Shown here in pieces: positions 16,901 to 26,362 of a DNA stretch of 64,000 nt. How positions within the stretch are numbered: the stretch's first letter is position 1; each line of letters starts with the position of its first letter. Source of the stretch: Candidatus Multivoradales bacterium (GTDB lineage: Bacteria; Acidobacteriota; Thermoanaerobaculia; Multivoradales; J023); assembly GCA_965248925.1 (NCBI GenBank), contig CBDFLE010000004.1, positions 64,001 to 128,000 on the forward strand. The letters are read 5' to 3'. The notes under the pieces are model-generated. The model did not search any database and was not told the DNA's origin. It saw only the letters and a program-made list of their open reading frames with translations. A program made the position numbers and the translations under genes.

Positions 16901-19002
16901 CCGGTGCAGTCCACCGCCGTCGACTTGCGCAGGCTGCCACTGGCGTAGACGTGGTCGGTGCGGTAGGTCGGGCCGGACAAGCTGAGGCTGCACAAGGAGC
17001 CGGTGCCGAGGTTCTGGGTGTCGCCGCCATAGACCCGCTGGCGGGTGACGAAGCCGTTGCTCGAGGTGAGGAGGCTCACCACGTCGCGGCTCTGGCGATT
17101 GCTACCGGCCAGCTGGCGGCGGCGTTCGAGGAAGCCGGTGGTGCTGCTGAAGCAGAACTCAGCCTTCTCGGTGGTCCCGCCTTCGCTCACCGACTGCTCG
17201 TCCCAGGTCTCCAAGATCCAGCGTGCGTTGTGGCTTGGCAGCACGAAATCGGTTGCCGGATCGATCGAGCTGTCCTCGGGGTTGGCGATGATGTAGGTGC
17301 CGCTGTTGGCGTTGTAGGTGGTGCTGCTGGTGCGCACGTTGGCGGCGCCGAAGCTGCCGCCGGTGGTCATGGTGCGGAAGTGGCCCAGGCCATCGAAGTC
17401 CGAGAAGGTGACTTCGCGGACCTTGCCGCCGTCGTCGTGGAAGGTCTCCTTGCGGTAGCGCAAGCGGTGGGCTTTCTCGTTGTAGTTGCCGGCGTCGCGG
17501 CCATCGCTGTCGAACTCAACGAAGATCGAGCGGAGCTTGGTTCCGCCAGCGTTGAAGAGTTCTTGGGAAAGGAAGGGGCCGGCTTCTGAGAAGCTGCCAC
17601 TGATGGGATCGCAGTAGGTGTAGGGCAGGCCATAGGACCAGCGATTGTTGGCGCCGACGGTGGAGAAATAGCTCACCGTCTCGAAGCCCAGCGGATCAGT
17701 CACTTTCATCGAGTGGAAGCAGGGGTGGCCCAGCGGATCGCCGGGGGCTTGCGGGTTTGCGGTGTCGTAGGTGTAGCTCCAGGTGGCGTAGGGGGTGGTG
17801 TCGCCGTCGTCGAGGAAGAGATGCTTGCTCTTGACTCCCCGCGCCACCGTGCCCCAATCGGGAGCGTGGAAGAGGTCGGCCAGCTGGGTTTGGAAGGGGA
17901 AGAGCTGGTAGTCGTAGCCGTAGGCGCCGCCGGTGGGCAAGCGCAGCTTCGACAAGCCGCCCGAGAGCAGGTTGTCGACAGTCAGGTAGTCCATCTCGTA
18001 GAACGAACCGTCGGGCAACACCACCCGGTCGAGCACCTGGGTGGTGAGGGTGTGCTCGGCTATCGGCACGCAGCCGGGACGGAAGCCGAACTGCCGTTCT
18101 AGAGTTTCGGTGCGGTACTGAAAGAGGAAGGTCGAGTTGCTTTGGCTGCCGAAGGCTTCGAGCCTCACCGTAGCGACTCTGCCACCGACAAAATCCACCG
18201 TGTGAGTGCGCCCTTGGCTGTCGGTCAATGTCCAGTCGCCATCGTTGGCATAGCGCACATTGATCCAATTGCCGAAGCGATCCTCCATCCGCGTCAGGCG
18301 CCAGAGATCGCCGACGGAGGCGTAGTTATGGAACTCATGCAGCTCGCCGCCAGAAAATTCTACCGTGTAGCAGCTCTGATCGACAAAGGTGCCAGACGGC
18401 AGCTCGCACACCCCCGGATTGCGCTTGCGTAGACGGAGGTACGTGCTGTCGTTGGTGAACCAGGTGCTGGGCTGCGGTGTCGCCGGGAAGCCGCCGGGAT
18501 GCAGCTCGGTATAAAACCTGTGCTCGCCGCCACTTGGATCGACGTAAATCTCAGGCGTTGTCGTCGGACTGTTACGTGGCGCGATCAGCTCTCCTAGGCT
18601 GACTCTCCAGCCGAAGCCGGCCTGCGTCTTGAGATCCTGGATCGGCAGGCTGTAGGTACGCAGCGCGAAGGGCGGATTGATGTCTTGACATTGGTGATTC
18701 TCATCGTACTCCCAGCCACCGGAGCTGTACGAGGCGGTCAGGCTGAAGCTGAGCGACGGGCCGACCGGATAGGTGATGCCGATCGGTAGAGATACGGTCA
18801 GGCTGCCGTTGAAGAGATTGATCTGATCCAGGTCGCCAATCTGGTAGGCGGTGTCGGCGGTCACTCCGCGCTGGTGGCTCGGGGGGAGTTGCGCGGTCAG
18901 CGGCAGGGCGATGCAGAGGCCGAGAAGTAAGAAGCTGAGAGGCAGAATCTGCCACGTCTGAAGTAGGAGATATTCGGTACTGAGGAAAAATTTTCGGTGC
19001 AT
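13912..19002 (-). CDS. Full-length Rhs/YD-repeat polymorphic toxin with Sec-type signal peptide
   Basis: YD repeats, HLDHLGTPR…PVVGRFLSVDP…VDPDGR core; N-terminal FLLLGLCIALPLTAQ; tip ends YGG…DWAK…FEVHAY…ELKTK. Confidence 0.95.
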   Translation of the reverse strand: MHRKFFLSTEYLLLQTWQILPLSFLLLGLCIALPLTAQLPPSHQRGVTADTAYQIGDLDQINLFNGSLTVSLPIGITYPVGPSLSFSLTASYSSGGWEYDENHQCQDINPPFALRTYSLPIQDLKTQAGFGWRVSLGELIAPRNSPTTTPEIYVDPSGGEHRFYTELHPGGFPATPQPSTWFTNDSTYLRLRKRNPGVCELPSGTFVDQSCYTVEFSGGELHEFHNYASVGDLWRLTRMEDRFGNWINVRYANDGDWTLTDSQGRTHTVDFVGGRVATVRLEAFGSQSNSTFLFQYRTETLERQFGFRPGCVPIAEHTLTTQVLDRVVLPDGSFYEMDYLTVDNLLSGGLSKLRLPTGGAYGYDYQLFPFQTQLADLFHAPDWGTVARGVKSKHLFLDDGDTTPYATWSYTYDTANPQAPGDPLGHPCFHSMKVTDPLGFETVSYFSTVGANNRWSYGLPYTYCDPISGSFSEAGPFLSQELFNAGGTKLRSIFVEFDSDGRDAGNYNEKAHRLRYRKETFHDDGGKVREVTFSDFDGLGHFRTMTTGGSFGAANVRTSSTTYNANSGTYIIANPEDSSIDPATDFVLPSHNARWILETWDEQSVSEGGTTEKAEFCFSSTTGFLERRRQLAGSNRQSRDVVSLLTSSNGFVTRQRVYGGDTQNLGTGSLCSLSLSGPTYRTDHVYASGSLRKSTAVDCTGTAILTLADYDIDSDTGLVATSRDAAGLGTSFTYDRLGRLTGQRPAELGWTQWTYTLPTTANPGLAPKLTEQQCQPFQTSCSGTDLMSFREHRYDGLGRRLQETVRIPVANAGQTELWHRYTTWNPRHWKTDESVWTTASAAGESRRTTYLAYDRFGRPGRVKPPEQPATFFTYQGDRVQTRRFKVQLTSGQQDTYVTEIMDGQGRLAEVCEGSSAAWSGSCGGGGLLTRYSYDDGGRLTKVCQNLSGSTCGQTRLFDYDGRGFLLSETHPEIGPSGNGRIDYRFDAGGNAISKDLIGSTAFDLSFDFDAAGRLIRVLESSNGVGSTPRLQKQFRYARTNSGSDHRAGKLVQTVRHNWVDIQNPLAPEPGSLDVKLSESFRYTGRQGLMSEKQTRYQFFAGNYAFTTGFVYDTQGNLSQLDYPSCQHADGGCATNDPQRTVNFNYEKGMLRSVPGFANNLTYQSGGMLHQLTHGDGVVDTQEVSSSNGLARPHQLTTSAGWSSGIFAYDGAGNISAIGNLDYRYDRLGRLRSGQTSVGATRFTQTATYDNFGNIQQLSTPGFAALNLNPNATTNRLGLSGAQYDAAGNLTDITLGSESFDYAFDGANMMKHLRSNTDQARVFIYNASDERILTFDCFGPGATSTCTTQPASLTWTLRGLGNEVLRVYDQPAGGAFSWSRDYVHRGGQPLATIEPEGSGGEMTSHLHLDHLGTPRQITRGGQQVALHNYYPFGQEATNLAQDEVVLKFTGHERDKTGTGVRSELDYMHARHCSPVVGRFLSVDPSLGSRSSPQSWNRFSYVSNSPINQVDPDGRLGFLVTAFLGGVVDVGIQIASNALSGEELTTGVAGAFVTGAVAGATGLGLLKVAGRGAKLVGAVRNAKKLKKSAAAADAARAGADGTAGARSAANRLRLQKQLASEQQVGELANGGGRTIAGAGGRVPIRDVDRLARQYGGSRGDWAKIRSSNFKAADGASFEVHAYRNVRTGEIVELKTKFQ

Positions 19003-19198
19003 CTCTTCACCCTTCCGTTGGTTTGGCGGCTTGGTTGCCTCCAGGGCAGCAAGTGCCAGCATTTGCTTACACTATCTATAGGCGCAGGAAGAGCCAAGAA
19101 GTTACAAGCTTTCATTATTTGGTGGTTTCTACTGTAGTTTTTCCAGATTTGCGTCACCGAGAGAGCTGCAATCGGTGCCTTGGGGCCTAGCCCCCCGC

Positions 19199-20392
19199 CT
19201 AGCCCCCCGCCTTGCTATCCCCCGGCAGGATGCAGCCGTTGGCCTCGCAGTTGTGGGCGATGGTGTCGGCGAAACCATCTTCGATCAGTCGTGCCAAGCG
19301 CTGACGATTGATGTTGAGGAAACCCAAGGCGCCGTCGAGGCCATCGGGGGGAAAGTAGCGGTGGATGGTGATCTGTTTGTATTTCCGCTCGGTGTTGTGG
19401 CACTTGGCCATCGGACCGGCGGCTTCTAGGAAAGCCGCCAGGTCTTTGTCGTCTGGCTGAACGTCCTTGGCCTGTTGCTCCATCAGTTCGATGCCGCGAT
19501 TGAAGGCGGCGGCACGCTTGATATCGCGGTTTACCGCCGCCGCCCAGGCGATGACCTGGGAGCGATAGAGGGTCTCTAAGGTGCTGTCGAGAGCGTTGAG
19601 GGGCATTTTCTGAATATCGGTGTTCATGTAGATCACATGCAGCACGGTGGCGCCGAGCTTGATCGCCGGCTTCAGTGGCGTGTTCATCAGCACCGCGCCG
19701 TCAACGTAGGTCTGGGCTCCGACTTTGGCCGGCGGATAGAAGCCGGGCACGGCGCTCGAAGCGCGGATTGCCATCGGTCCCAGCTTGTCGCTCATGTCGT
19801 GGTTGCCGAACATCCGCACTTCGCCGAGCACCCAATTGGTGGCGGCAATCGACAGCTTCTTTGGACTCTGGCGGATCTTTTTATAGTCGATAACTTCGCG
19901 CAGGGTCTGCTCCCAGGGCTCGACCGACACCAGGCTCGATAGGTTGAAGGTGTCGAGCAGGCGCTCTAGGAAGGGTTCTTTGCCGGTGGCCAAGCGAACC
20001 GCCCGCTGGGTGCCTTCCCAGCCAAGAAAGGCAGTGTCGCCAGCCAGTTGGCGGAGGGGCTCGAGGGGATCTTCGAGATAGCGCCGGGGATCGAGCAGCA
20101 TGGTTGGGTCGAGGCGGATTCTAAAACCGCCATTGTGGCCATTGATCTCGGCGATGCGCTCTAACCACACCGTTTCTAAATGGCCTATTGCTGCCGGGCC
20201 ATAATCGTCCCAATGGGAGACCAGATAGGAGGCGTTGAACGAGCCGATCGAGGTTCCAGTGAGTACCTTGGGATCGAGCGGGCGCTGCTGGGTGGCTGGA
20301 GATTTACCGTTGAACAGCGCTTTGGCCACCCCGACCTCGTAAGCGCCATCGGCGCCGCCGCCTGAGAAAACTACCGCGTGCCTGCGAGCCAT
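19199..20392 (-). CDS. Patatin-like phospholipase
   Basis: SGGGADGAYEVG, GTSIG nucleophile, YVDGA. Confidence 0.92.
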   Translation of the reverse strand: MARRHAVVFSGGGADGAYEVGVAKALFNGKSPATQQRPLDPKVLTGTSIGSFNASYLVSHWDDYGPAAIGHLETVWLERIAEINGHNGGFRIRLDPTMLLDPRRYLEDPLEPLRQLAGDTAFLGWEGTQRAVRLATGKEPFLERLLDTFNLSSLVSVEPWEQTLREVIDYKKIRQSPKKLSIAATNWVLGEVRMFGNHDMSDKLGPMAIRASSAVPGFYPPAKVGAQTYVDGAVLMNTPLKPAIKLGATVLHVIYMNTDIQKMPLNALDSTLETLYRSQVIAWAAAVNRDIKRAAAFNRGIELMEQQAKDVQPDDKDLAAFLEAAGPMAKCHNTERKYKQITIHRYFPPDGLDGALGFLNINRQRLARLIEDGFADTIAHNCEANGCILPGDSKAGG

Positions 20393-20565
20393 GAGCTACC
20401 CCCGAAGTGGAACAGAGAAGATACTTTGAAAGAAGTCCGGTGACGTTGGTGTGCGATCTGGCCAGTTGCCGCTGTCGCGCAGGGCAGTATAGCGGCAGCG
20501 TAAGATGAGCCAATGGTGCTAGAGATAGACGGCGTTGTTCGAAATATCGAGAACCGAGGAAGTCG

Positions 20566-21501
20566 GTGCGGCGAGTAGCGATCAGCGGCGCCAGTGGCTT
20601 GGTGGGTCGGGCGCTGTCGGCGTATTTGGCGCGGCGAGGTTGGAGCGTGGTGCCCCTGGTGCGCTGTTCCGACCAGCCTGGGGTGCGCTGGGATCCGCTT
20701 GTCGGAATCCTCGACAGCGCTGCTTTGGAAGGCTTCGATGCGGTGGTCCATCTGGCCGGCGAGAGTCTGGCCGAGGGACGTTGGACGGCGGCCAAGATGG
20801 CGCGGATCCGCAGCAGCCGGGTGAGTGGCACCAGGCTCTTGAGCAGCACTCTGGCCGATCTCAAGAGGCCGCCGAGTTGCCTGGTCGCAGCTTCGGCAAT
20901 TGGCTACTACGGTGATCGAGGAGATCAGTTGCTCGATGAGAACAGCTCTGCCGGTCGGGGTTTTCTGGCCGAGGTCTGCCAAGCTTGGGAAGCGGCCACC
21001 CATCCGGCAGTCGATGCCGGTATTCGCACTGTCAACCTTCGCCTCGGCGTGGTCTTGGCGGCCCACGGCGGCGCCCTGGCCAAAATGCTGACTCCCTTTC
21101 GCCTCGGTCTTGGGGGAGTGGTGGGCGATGGTCGGCAGTGGGTGAGCTGGATCGAACTGGGGGATCTGCTGCGCGTGATCGAGCACGCGATCGAGACGCC
21201 GCGGTTGGCCGGCGCGTTGAATGCGGTCGCGGCCGAGCCGGTAACCCAGCGTCAGCTGACCCGCGCGTTGGGACGGGCGTTGGCTCGCCCCACCTTCCTT
21301 CCGCTGCCGGCATTCGCGGCGCGCTGGGCCTTTGGCAGCATGGCCGACGAACTGCTACTGGCTAGCACCCGAGTCGACGGTAGCCGGCTAGTCGACAGCG
21401 GCGCGATGCTGTGCCATCGGCGCATCGAGGAGGCCCTGGCAAGGTTGCTCAGGCGGCCTTCCAAGGTGAATCGCCTTGACCACCCCGAGGCACCTTCTTA
21501 G
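20566..21501 (+). CDS. TIGR01777/YfcH-family NAD-dependent epimerase-like oxidoreductase
   Basis: GASGLVG, HLAGE, SAIGYYG, GLGGVVGDGRQWVSWI. Confidence 0.9.
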   Translation: MRRVAISGASGLVGRALSAYLARRGWSVVPLVRCSDQPGVRWDPLVGILDSAALEGFDAVVHLAGESLAEGRWTAAKMARIRSSRVSGTRLLSSTLADLKRPPSCLVAASAIGYYGDRGDQLLDENSSAGRGFLAEVCQAWEAATHPAVDAGIRTVNLRLGVVLAAHGGALAKMLTPFRLGLGGVVGDGRQWVSWIELGDLLRVIEHAIETPRLAGALNAVAAEPVTQRQLTRALGRALARPTFLPLPAFAARWAFGSMADELLLASTRVDGSRLVDSGAMLCHRRIEEALARLLRRPSKVNRLDHPEAPS

Positions 21502-21591
21502 AATGGACCCGGCGGAGTCTCTATTTTGGATCGCTCTGCCGGCCAAAATCTGTTTGTTGGCCAAGATTGGCTCCGGGACCAGACCTCGACG

Positions 21592-22275
21592 ATGATCACC
21601 GGCTACAACACCGATGTGCGCTACGGCGATCTAGTGCTCCATGTCCAGACCGAGGACAAAGGGCAGACTAACCCGTGCATTGAAAGCCTGATCTACTGCG
21701 GCGGCCAGGTGGTGGTGGCGAAGCGGGCGAGCTATGCCGATCTGATCAAGCTTGGCAAGGGCAAAACCGAGGTCACCGCCTTGATGGATCATCAGCATCG
21801 GACGATGATCAAGGCGATCCAGACCGGCAAATTCGACGGCAAGATTCGCGAGTATATGCCCGACGCGAAACTCTCCAAGCCGAGCCAGGAGGGTACCTCG
21901 CCGGGTTTTCCGGCGATTGTCGAAGGGGGCCAAAGCCTAGACCAGGTCATTCTCGAGTACCTAACCAGCGAAGCAGAGCAAGAGCAGCTGGTCTTGGTGC
22001 TTGAGCAACAAGCCGAGTTGCGCGCCGGCGGGCGGCTGTCGCTGGCGTTGCGGACCCGCTCGAGCAAGAGTGGTCAGCCGGTGGCCGGGGTGGTGGTCAA
22101 CGTGAAGATGATCTCTACCCTCGGTGGCCCTAATAATCTGGCCGATGGTCGCACCGACCACGATGGGCTGGTGCAGCTGCCGATCGACATTCCGGCGGTC
22201 GACCACGGCACCGCGGCGTTGATCATCACTGCCAACAGCAGCCTGGGCCAGGCTGAACTCAAACATCTGTTGTGA
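21592..22275 (+). CDS. Conserved hypothetical protein
   Basis: MITGYNTDV…HVQTEDKG N-terminal domain plus a beta-rich C-terminal domain. Confidence 0.7.
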   Translation: MITGYNTDVRYGDLVLHVQTEDKGQTNPCIESLIYCGGQVVVAKRASYADLIKLGKGKTEVTALMDHQHRTMIKAIQTGKFDGKIREYMPDAKLSKPSQEGTSPGFPAIVEGGQSLDQVILEYLTSEAEQEQLVLVLEQQAELRAGGRLSLALRTRSSKSGQPVAGVVVNVKMISTLGGPNNLADGRTDHDGLVQLPIDIPAVDHGTAALIITANSSLGQAELKHLL

Positions 22276-22511
22276 GTGGGCGAATCTCCGGGCCTGGCCC
22301 TGTCGAGACCATCCGCGTGCTGCTTAACGGCGATTCCACCGAGCTTCCGGCGGAGCTTACCTTGAGTGATTTCGTCGCCCGGCTGGGGCTCGATCCGCGG
22401 GCTGTAGCCATCGAGCGCAACGGGCTAATTGCCCCCCGTGCCACCTACTCTTCGACCGTCGTCGAGGATGGAGATCGGCTGGAGGTCGTACACTTCGTGC
22501 AAGGCGGGTGA
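22272..22511 (+). CDS. thiS: Sulfur carrier protein ThiS
   Basis: LNG…VAIERNG…GDRLEVVHFVQGG, C-terminal GG. Confidence 0.9.
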   Translation: MSGRISGPGPVETIRVLLNGDSTELPAELTLSDFVARLGLDPRAVAIERNGLIAPRATYSSTVVEDGDRLEVVHFVQGG

Positions 22512-22574
22512 GACTGGCCTAGATATTGTCTTGTCTTGCTGGTTGGATCCGGTTTAGACTCTGGGCGCCCGAGG

Positions 22575-22650
22575 GGGCCGCTAGCTCAATTGGCAGAGCA
22601 ACAGACTCTTAATCTGTGGGTTCTAGGTTCGATTCCTAGGCGGCTCACCA
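22575..22650 (+). tRNA. tRNA-Lys(CTT)
   Basis: GGGCCGC/GCGGCTC acceptor stem, anticodon loop CTCTTAA, GTTCGATT, CCA end. Confidence 0.97.
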
Positions 22651-22870
22651 ATCGACCCACCTCACTTTCAATCGCGCCCGGTAGCAGCAGCAAACTGAAT
22701 CCAGAGGCCATACGGATAGGGCCTCGACCGGCGCGCTGAGCGAATTCACAGGCGGGTTTTTAGCGTTCCTCAACCCGCTGGTCTGGTCGAGGCTAGCGAG
22801 GATTCGGCGCCGAGGAGCGTCCAGAGAGGTGGCGCCCATTAGAAAACCGGGAGCCGATCCAGATTTCGGA

Positions 22871-22957
22871 GCGAAAGTGGCGGAATTGGTATACGCGCTA
22901 GACTTAGGATCTAGTCCCTTCATTGGGATGGGGGTTCGAGTCCCCCCTTTCGCACCA
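22871..22957 (+). tRNA. tRNA-Leu(TAG)
   Basis: GCGAAAG/CTTTCGC acceptor stem, loop CTTAGGA, long variable arm, CCA end. Confidence 0.97.
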
Positions 22958-23017
22958 GTATTCAAGGACCGCTCCGGCGCCTAGGCGCGGAGCTAGAAAG
23001 AAGGTCTCAATCCGGCC

Positions 23018-24343
23018 ATGAGTGTCGTCATTGCAATCGAAGAAGCGGGTCCCTGCCGCATGCAGCTCACCATCGAGGTGCCGGCGCCGGCTGTCGAGGC
23101 CGAACTGGGACGAGTGGTGAACGAGTTTCGCAAAGAAATGAACTTGCCAGGCTTCCGCCGCGGCAAGGTGCCCACCCAGCTGATTCGCCAGCGTTTCAGG
23201 GAGGATATCGAGAAAGAGGTCGCCGATCGGCTGGTTCCTCGATATTGGAATCAGGCGCAGGCAGAGAAAGCTCTCGACCCTCTGCTTCCTCCTCGGGTCG
23301 AGGAACTCAAGATCAGCGCCGGTGAGCCGATGACCTTCGTCGCCACGGTGGAGACTCGGCCGCGCATCGAGGTGGGCAGCTTGACGGATTTCGACCTGCC
23401 GCAAGACGATCCTCAGCCTACCAAGGTCGAAATCGAAGAAGCTATCGACGAGCTGCGGCGGCGGCACAGCATGTGGGTGCCGGTCGAGCGTTCGGCTGCC
23501 CGGGGTGATCTGGCTGTCGGCAGCTTGCTGCTCGATGCCGGCGATGATGCGGAGGATGACGCTGACGACGCGACGGCGGCCTCGCCCTTTGAAGTCGAGC
23601 TGGGTGACGAGCGGGTATGGGAAGAACTCAGCCTAGCTTTGACAGGCCTGGCCGCCGGCCAGAAGGCGACCTTTGATCGCCGAACCGGCGAAGGGGAGGA
23701 GGCCGAGACCACCTGTTATCGGCTTGAGGTCACGGCGGTGAAGGAGCGTGAGCTGCCGGACATCGACGAAGACCTGATCAGCAAATTCGGTGAGTTCGAC
23801 AACGCCGAAGAGTGGCGCCAGGAGGTTGCCGAGCGGCTGGGTGAGCAAAAGACCCGGGAGCTGCGCAATCGCCGCGAAAGTGCTTTGTCCGAGCAGCTCT
23901 GCCAGCGCCATCCCTTGGAGCTGCCGGTCGGGGTGGTCGATCAAGAGGTCGAGAATCAAATGCGTGACTACGCCGAGAATCTCAGCCGTCAGGGTGTTGA
24001 TTTAGAGAACGTGCAGCTCGATTGGGAGCGCATGTCTGAGGAGTTTCGGCCGGCTAGCGAACGTCGAGTACACGTTCGCCTGGTGCTCGATGCGGTGGCT
24101 GAAGATCAGGCGGTAAGCATCGACGAGGCGGAGTTCGAGAAGTTGCTGGGTGGCTTGGCCGCCAGTCAAGGTCAGAGTTCCTTCGCCCTACGGCAGCAGC
24201 TCAGCGAAAACGGTCGTATGGAGTCGTTGCGCGCTCAAGTGCGCCGCGACCAGACAGTGCGCCAGTTGCTCGGCGAGGTTCCTGCAGAGGAGCCCGCGAC
24301 TGCCGACACCACGGATTCCGCCAGTCCAGAAAAGGAGGCTTGA
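23018..24343 (+). CDS. tig: Trigger factor
   Basis: PGFRRGKVP ribosome-binding motif; synteny with clpPX. Confidence 0.95.
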   Translation: MSVVIAIEEAGPCRMQLTIEVPAPAVEAELGRVVNEFRKEMNLPGFRRGKVPTQLIRQRFREDIEKEVADRLVPRYWNQAQAEKALDPLLPPRVEELKISAGEPMTFVATVETRPRIEVGSLTDFDLPQDDPQPTKVEIEEAIDELRRRHSMWVPVERSAARGDLAVGSLLLDAGDDAEDDADDATAASPFEVELGDERVWEELSLALTGLAAGQKATFDRRTGEGEEAETTCYRLEVTAVKERELPDIDEDLISKFGEFDNAEEWRQEVAERLGEQKTRELRNRRESALSEQLCQRHPLELPVGVVDQEVENQMRDYAENLSRQGVDLENVQLDWERMSEEFRPASERRVHVRLVLDAVAEDQAVSIDEAEFEKLLGGLAASQGQSSFALRQQLSENGRMESLRAQVRRDQTVRQLLGEVPAEEPATADTTDSASPEKEA

Positions 24344-24348
24344 GGCTG

Positions 24349-24954
24349 ATGTGGGTGCCGTATGTCATCGAACAGACCAACCGCGGCGAGCGCTCGTACG
24401 ATATCTACTCGCGGCTGCTGAAAGACAACATCATCTTCCTCAGCCGGCCGATCGACGACGATGTCGCCAGTCTGCTGATGGCCCAGCTGCTGTTTCTCGA
24501 GGCTGAGAACCCCGAGCGGGATATCGCCATCTACATCAACTCGCCGGGTGGTTCGACCACCGCTGGCTTGGCTATTTACGACACCATGCAGCACATCAGG
24601 CCGGATGTCTCGACCTACTGTGTTGGCCAAGCGGCATCGATGGCGGCGTTGTTGTTGGCAGCCGGTACCAAGGGCAAGCGGTTCATTCTGCCCAACAGCA
24701 GGGTGCTGATTCACCAACCCTCGATGCGCGGGTTGGACGGGCAGCAGACCGATATTCAGATCCATGCTCTGGATCTGCTGGATCTGCGCGGGCGGCTCGA
24801 CAAGATCCTCGCCAAGCACACTGGGCAGACGACCGAGCGGGTGCACGAAGATACCGAGCGCGACAACATCCTGAGTGCCGCCGAGGCCATCGAGTACGGA
24901 CTTGTCGACGAGATCATGCGACGCCGGGAGCCGACCGACACGGACGGTTCTTGA
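24349..24954 (+). CDS. clpP: Clp protease proteolytic subunit
   Basis: [25 protein letters not shown]. Confidence 0.97.
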   Translation: MWVPYVIEQTNRGERSYDIYSRLLKDNIIFLSRPIDDDVASLLMAQLLFLEAENPERDIAIYINSPGGSTTAGLAIYDTMQHIRPDVSTYCVGQAASMAALLLAAGTKGKRFILPNSRVLIHQPSMRGLDGQQTDIQIHALDLLDLRGRLDKILAKHTGQTTERVHEDTERDNILSAAEAIEYGLVDEIMRRREPTDTDGS

Positions 24955-25059
24955 GCCTTCGTTCGAGGGCCGGAATAGAGAGGTGACGGCGACTGTTCTA
25001 AGGAAGAAGACCTTCCCCCATGGAAAGCGGTCGCCAGTCCGCGGAGTTAAGGAGAATAG

Positions 25060-26295
25060 ATGTCGAAGAAGGACTCTAGCGAAGAGGCACTGCGGTGCTC
25101 CTTCTGCAACAAGAGCCAGCGTGAGGTCAAGAAGCTGATCGCCGGGCCGACGGTGTTCATCTGCGACGAGTGCGTCGACATCTGCCTCGATATCATCGCG
25201 GAAGATCGCCTGAACGAGCAGCAGCAGGACACCAATCTGCCGAAGCCTCAAGAGATCAAGGATCTACTCGATCAGTACGTGATAGGCCAGGAGATTGCCA
25301 AACGCAAGCTGGCGGTGGCGGTCTACAACCACTACAAGCGCATTGAGCATGCTGACCGCAGCCGCACGGATGTCGAGCTGCAGAAATCCAATATTCTCCT
25401 GATCGGCCCCACCGGCACCGGCAAGACGCTGCTCGCTCAGACCCTGGCGCGGATTCTCTCGGTTCCCTTCACCATCGCCGACGCCACCACCCTGACCGAG
25501 GCTGGCTATGTCGGCGAGGATGTCGAGAACATCATTCTCAAGCTGTACCAGGCGTCGGGCAACGACAAAGAGAAGACCCAACGCGGTATCGTCTACATCG
25601 ACGAAGTCGACAAGGTGTCGCGTAAGTCGGACAACCCCTCGATCACCCGCGATGTTTCGGGCGAGGGGGTGCAGCAGGCGTTGCTGAAGATTCTCGAAGG
25701 GACCCAATGCAATGTGCCGCCGCAGGGTGGCCGCAAGCATCCCCACCAAGAGTTCTTGCAGATCGACACCACCAACATCTTGTTTCTCTGTGGCGGCGCC
25801 TTCGTCGGTCTTGAGGATCTGATCGGCTCGCGATTGAACCAGAAGTCGATGGGCTTCGGATCGAAGATCAAGGGCCCTGACGAGCGCAATACCGTGTTTC
25901 TGGAGAGCGTGCTGCCCGAGGATCTGATCAAGTACGGTCTGATCCCGGAGTTTGTCGGCCGTCTACCGGTGGTGGCAACCCTGGAAGAACTCGACGAGCA
26001 TGCTCTGGTGCGCATTCTCACCGAGCCCAAGAACTGCTTGTCGCGGCAGTACCAGACCATGTTCGAGTTTGAAGATGTCAAGCTCAAGTTCACCGATGGG
26101 GCGATCGTCGCCATTTCCCGCGAGGCGATCAAGCGCGGCGTGGGCGCGCGGGGCCTGCGGATCATCATGGAAGAGCTGATGCTCGATCTGATGTACAAGA
26201 TCCCATCGCAGTCCAACATTAAGGAGTGCGTCATCACCGAAGAGGTGGTGTACAACAAGATCCAACCGCTGATGCTGTACAAGCAGGCTGGTTGA
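25060..26295 (+). CDS. clpX: Clp protease ATP-binding subunit
   Basis: CSFC…CDEC zinc finger, [22 protein letters not shown]. Confidence 0.98.
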   Translation: MSKKDSSEEALRCSFCNKSQREVKKLIAGPTVFICDECVDICLDIIAEDRLNEQQQDTNLPKPQEIKDLLDQYVIGQEIAKRKLAVAVYNHYKRIEHADRSRTDVELQKSNILLIGPTGTGKTLLAQTLARILSVPFTIADATTLTEAGYVGEDVENIILKLYQASGNDKEKTQRGIVYIDEVDKVSRKSDNPSITRDVSGEGVQQALLKILEGTQCNVPPQGGRKHPHQEFLQIDTTNILFLCGGAFVGLEDLIGSRLNQKSMGFGSKIKGPDERNTVFLESVLPEDLIKYGLIPEFVGRLPVVATLEELDEHALVRILTEPKNCLSRQYQTMFEFEDVKLKFTDGAIVAISREAIKRGVGARGLRIIMEELMLDLMYKIPSQSNIKECVITEEVVYNKIQPLMLYKQAG

Positions 26296-26362
26296 GCCGC
26301 TGGAACCATCCCGAAAATGGATCTTCTTTTGAAATCACGTTAGATAATTCGAGAGCCAATTC

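Noticed and set aside
22575-22957. tRNA genes as integration sites for the element
   Set aside because: I saw no duplicated tRNA 3' end, and the flanks are housekeeping genes
24235-26309. Long antisense ORFs over clpP/clpX (and likewise over leuA, lon, rhs)
   Set aside because: Shadow ORFs expected from high-GC codon bias
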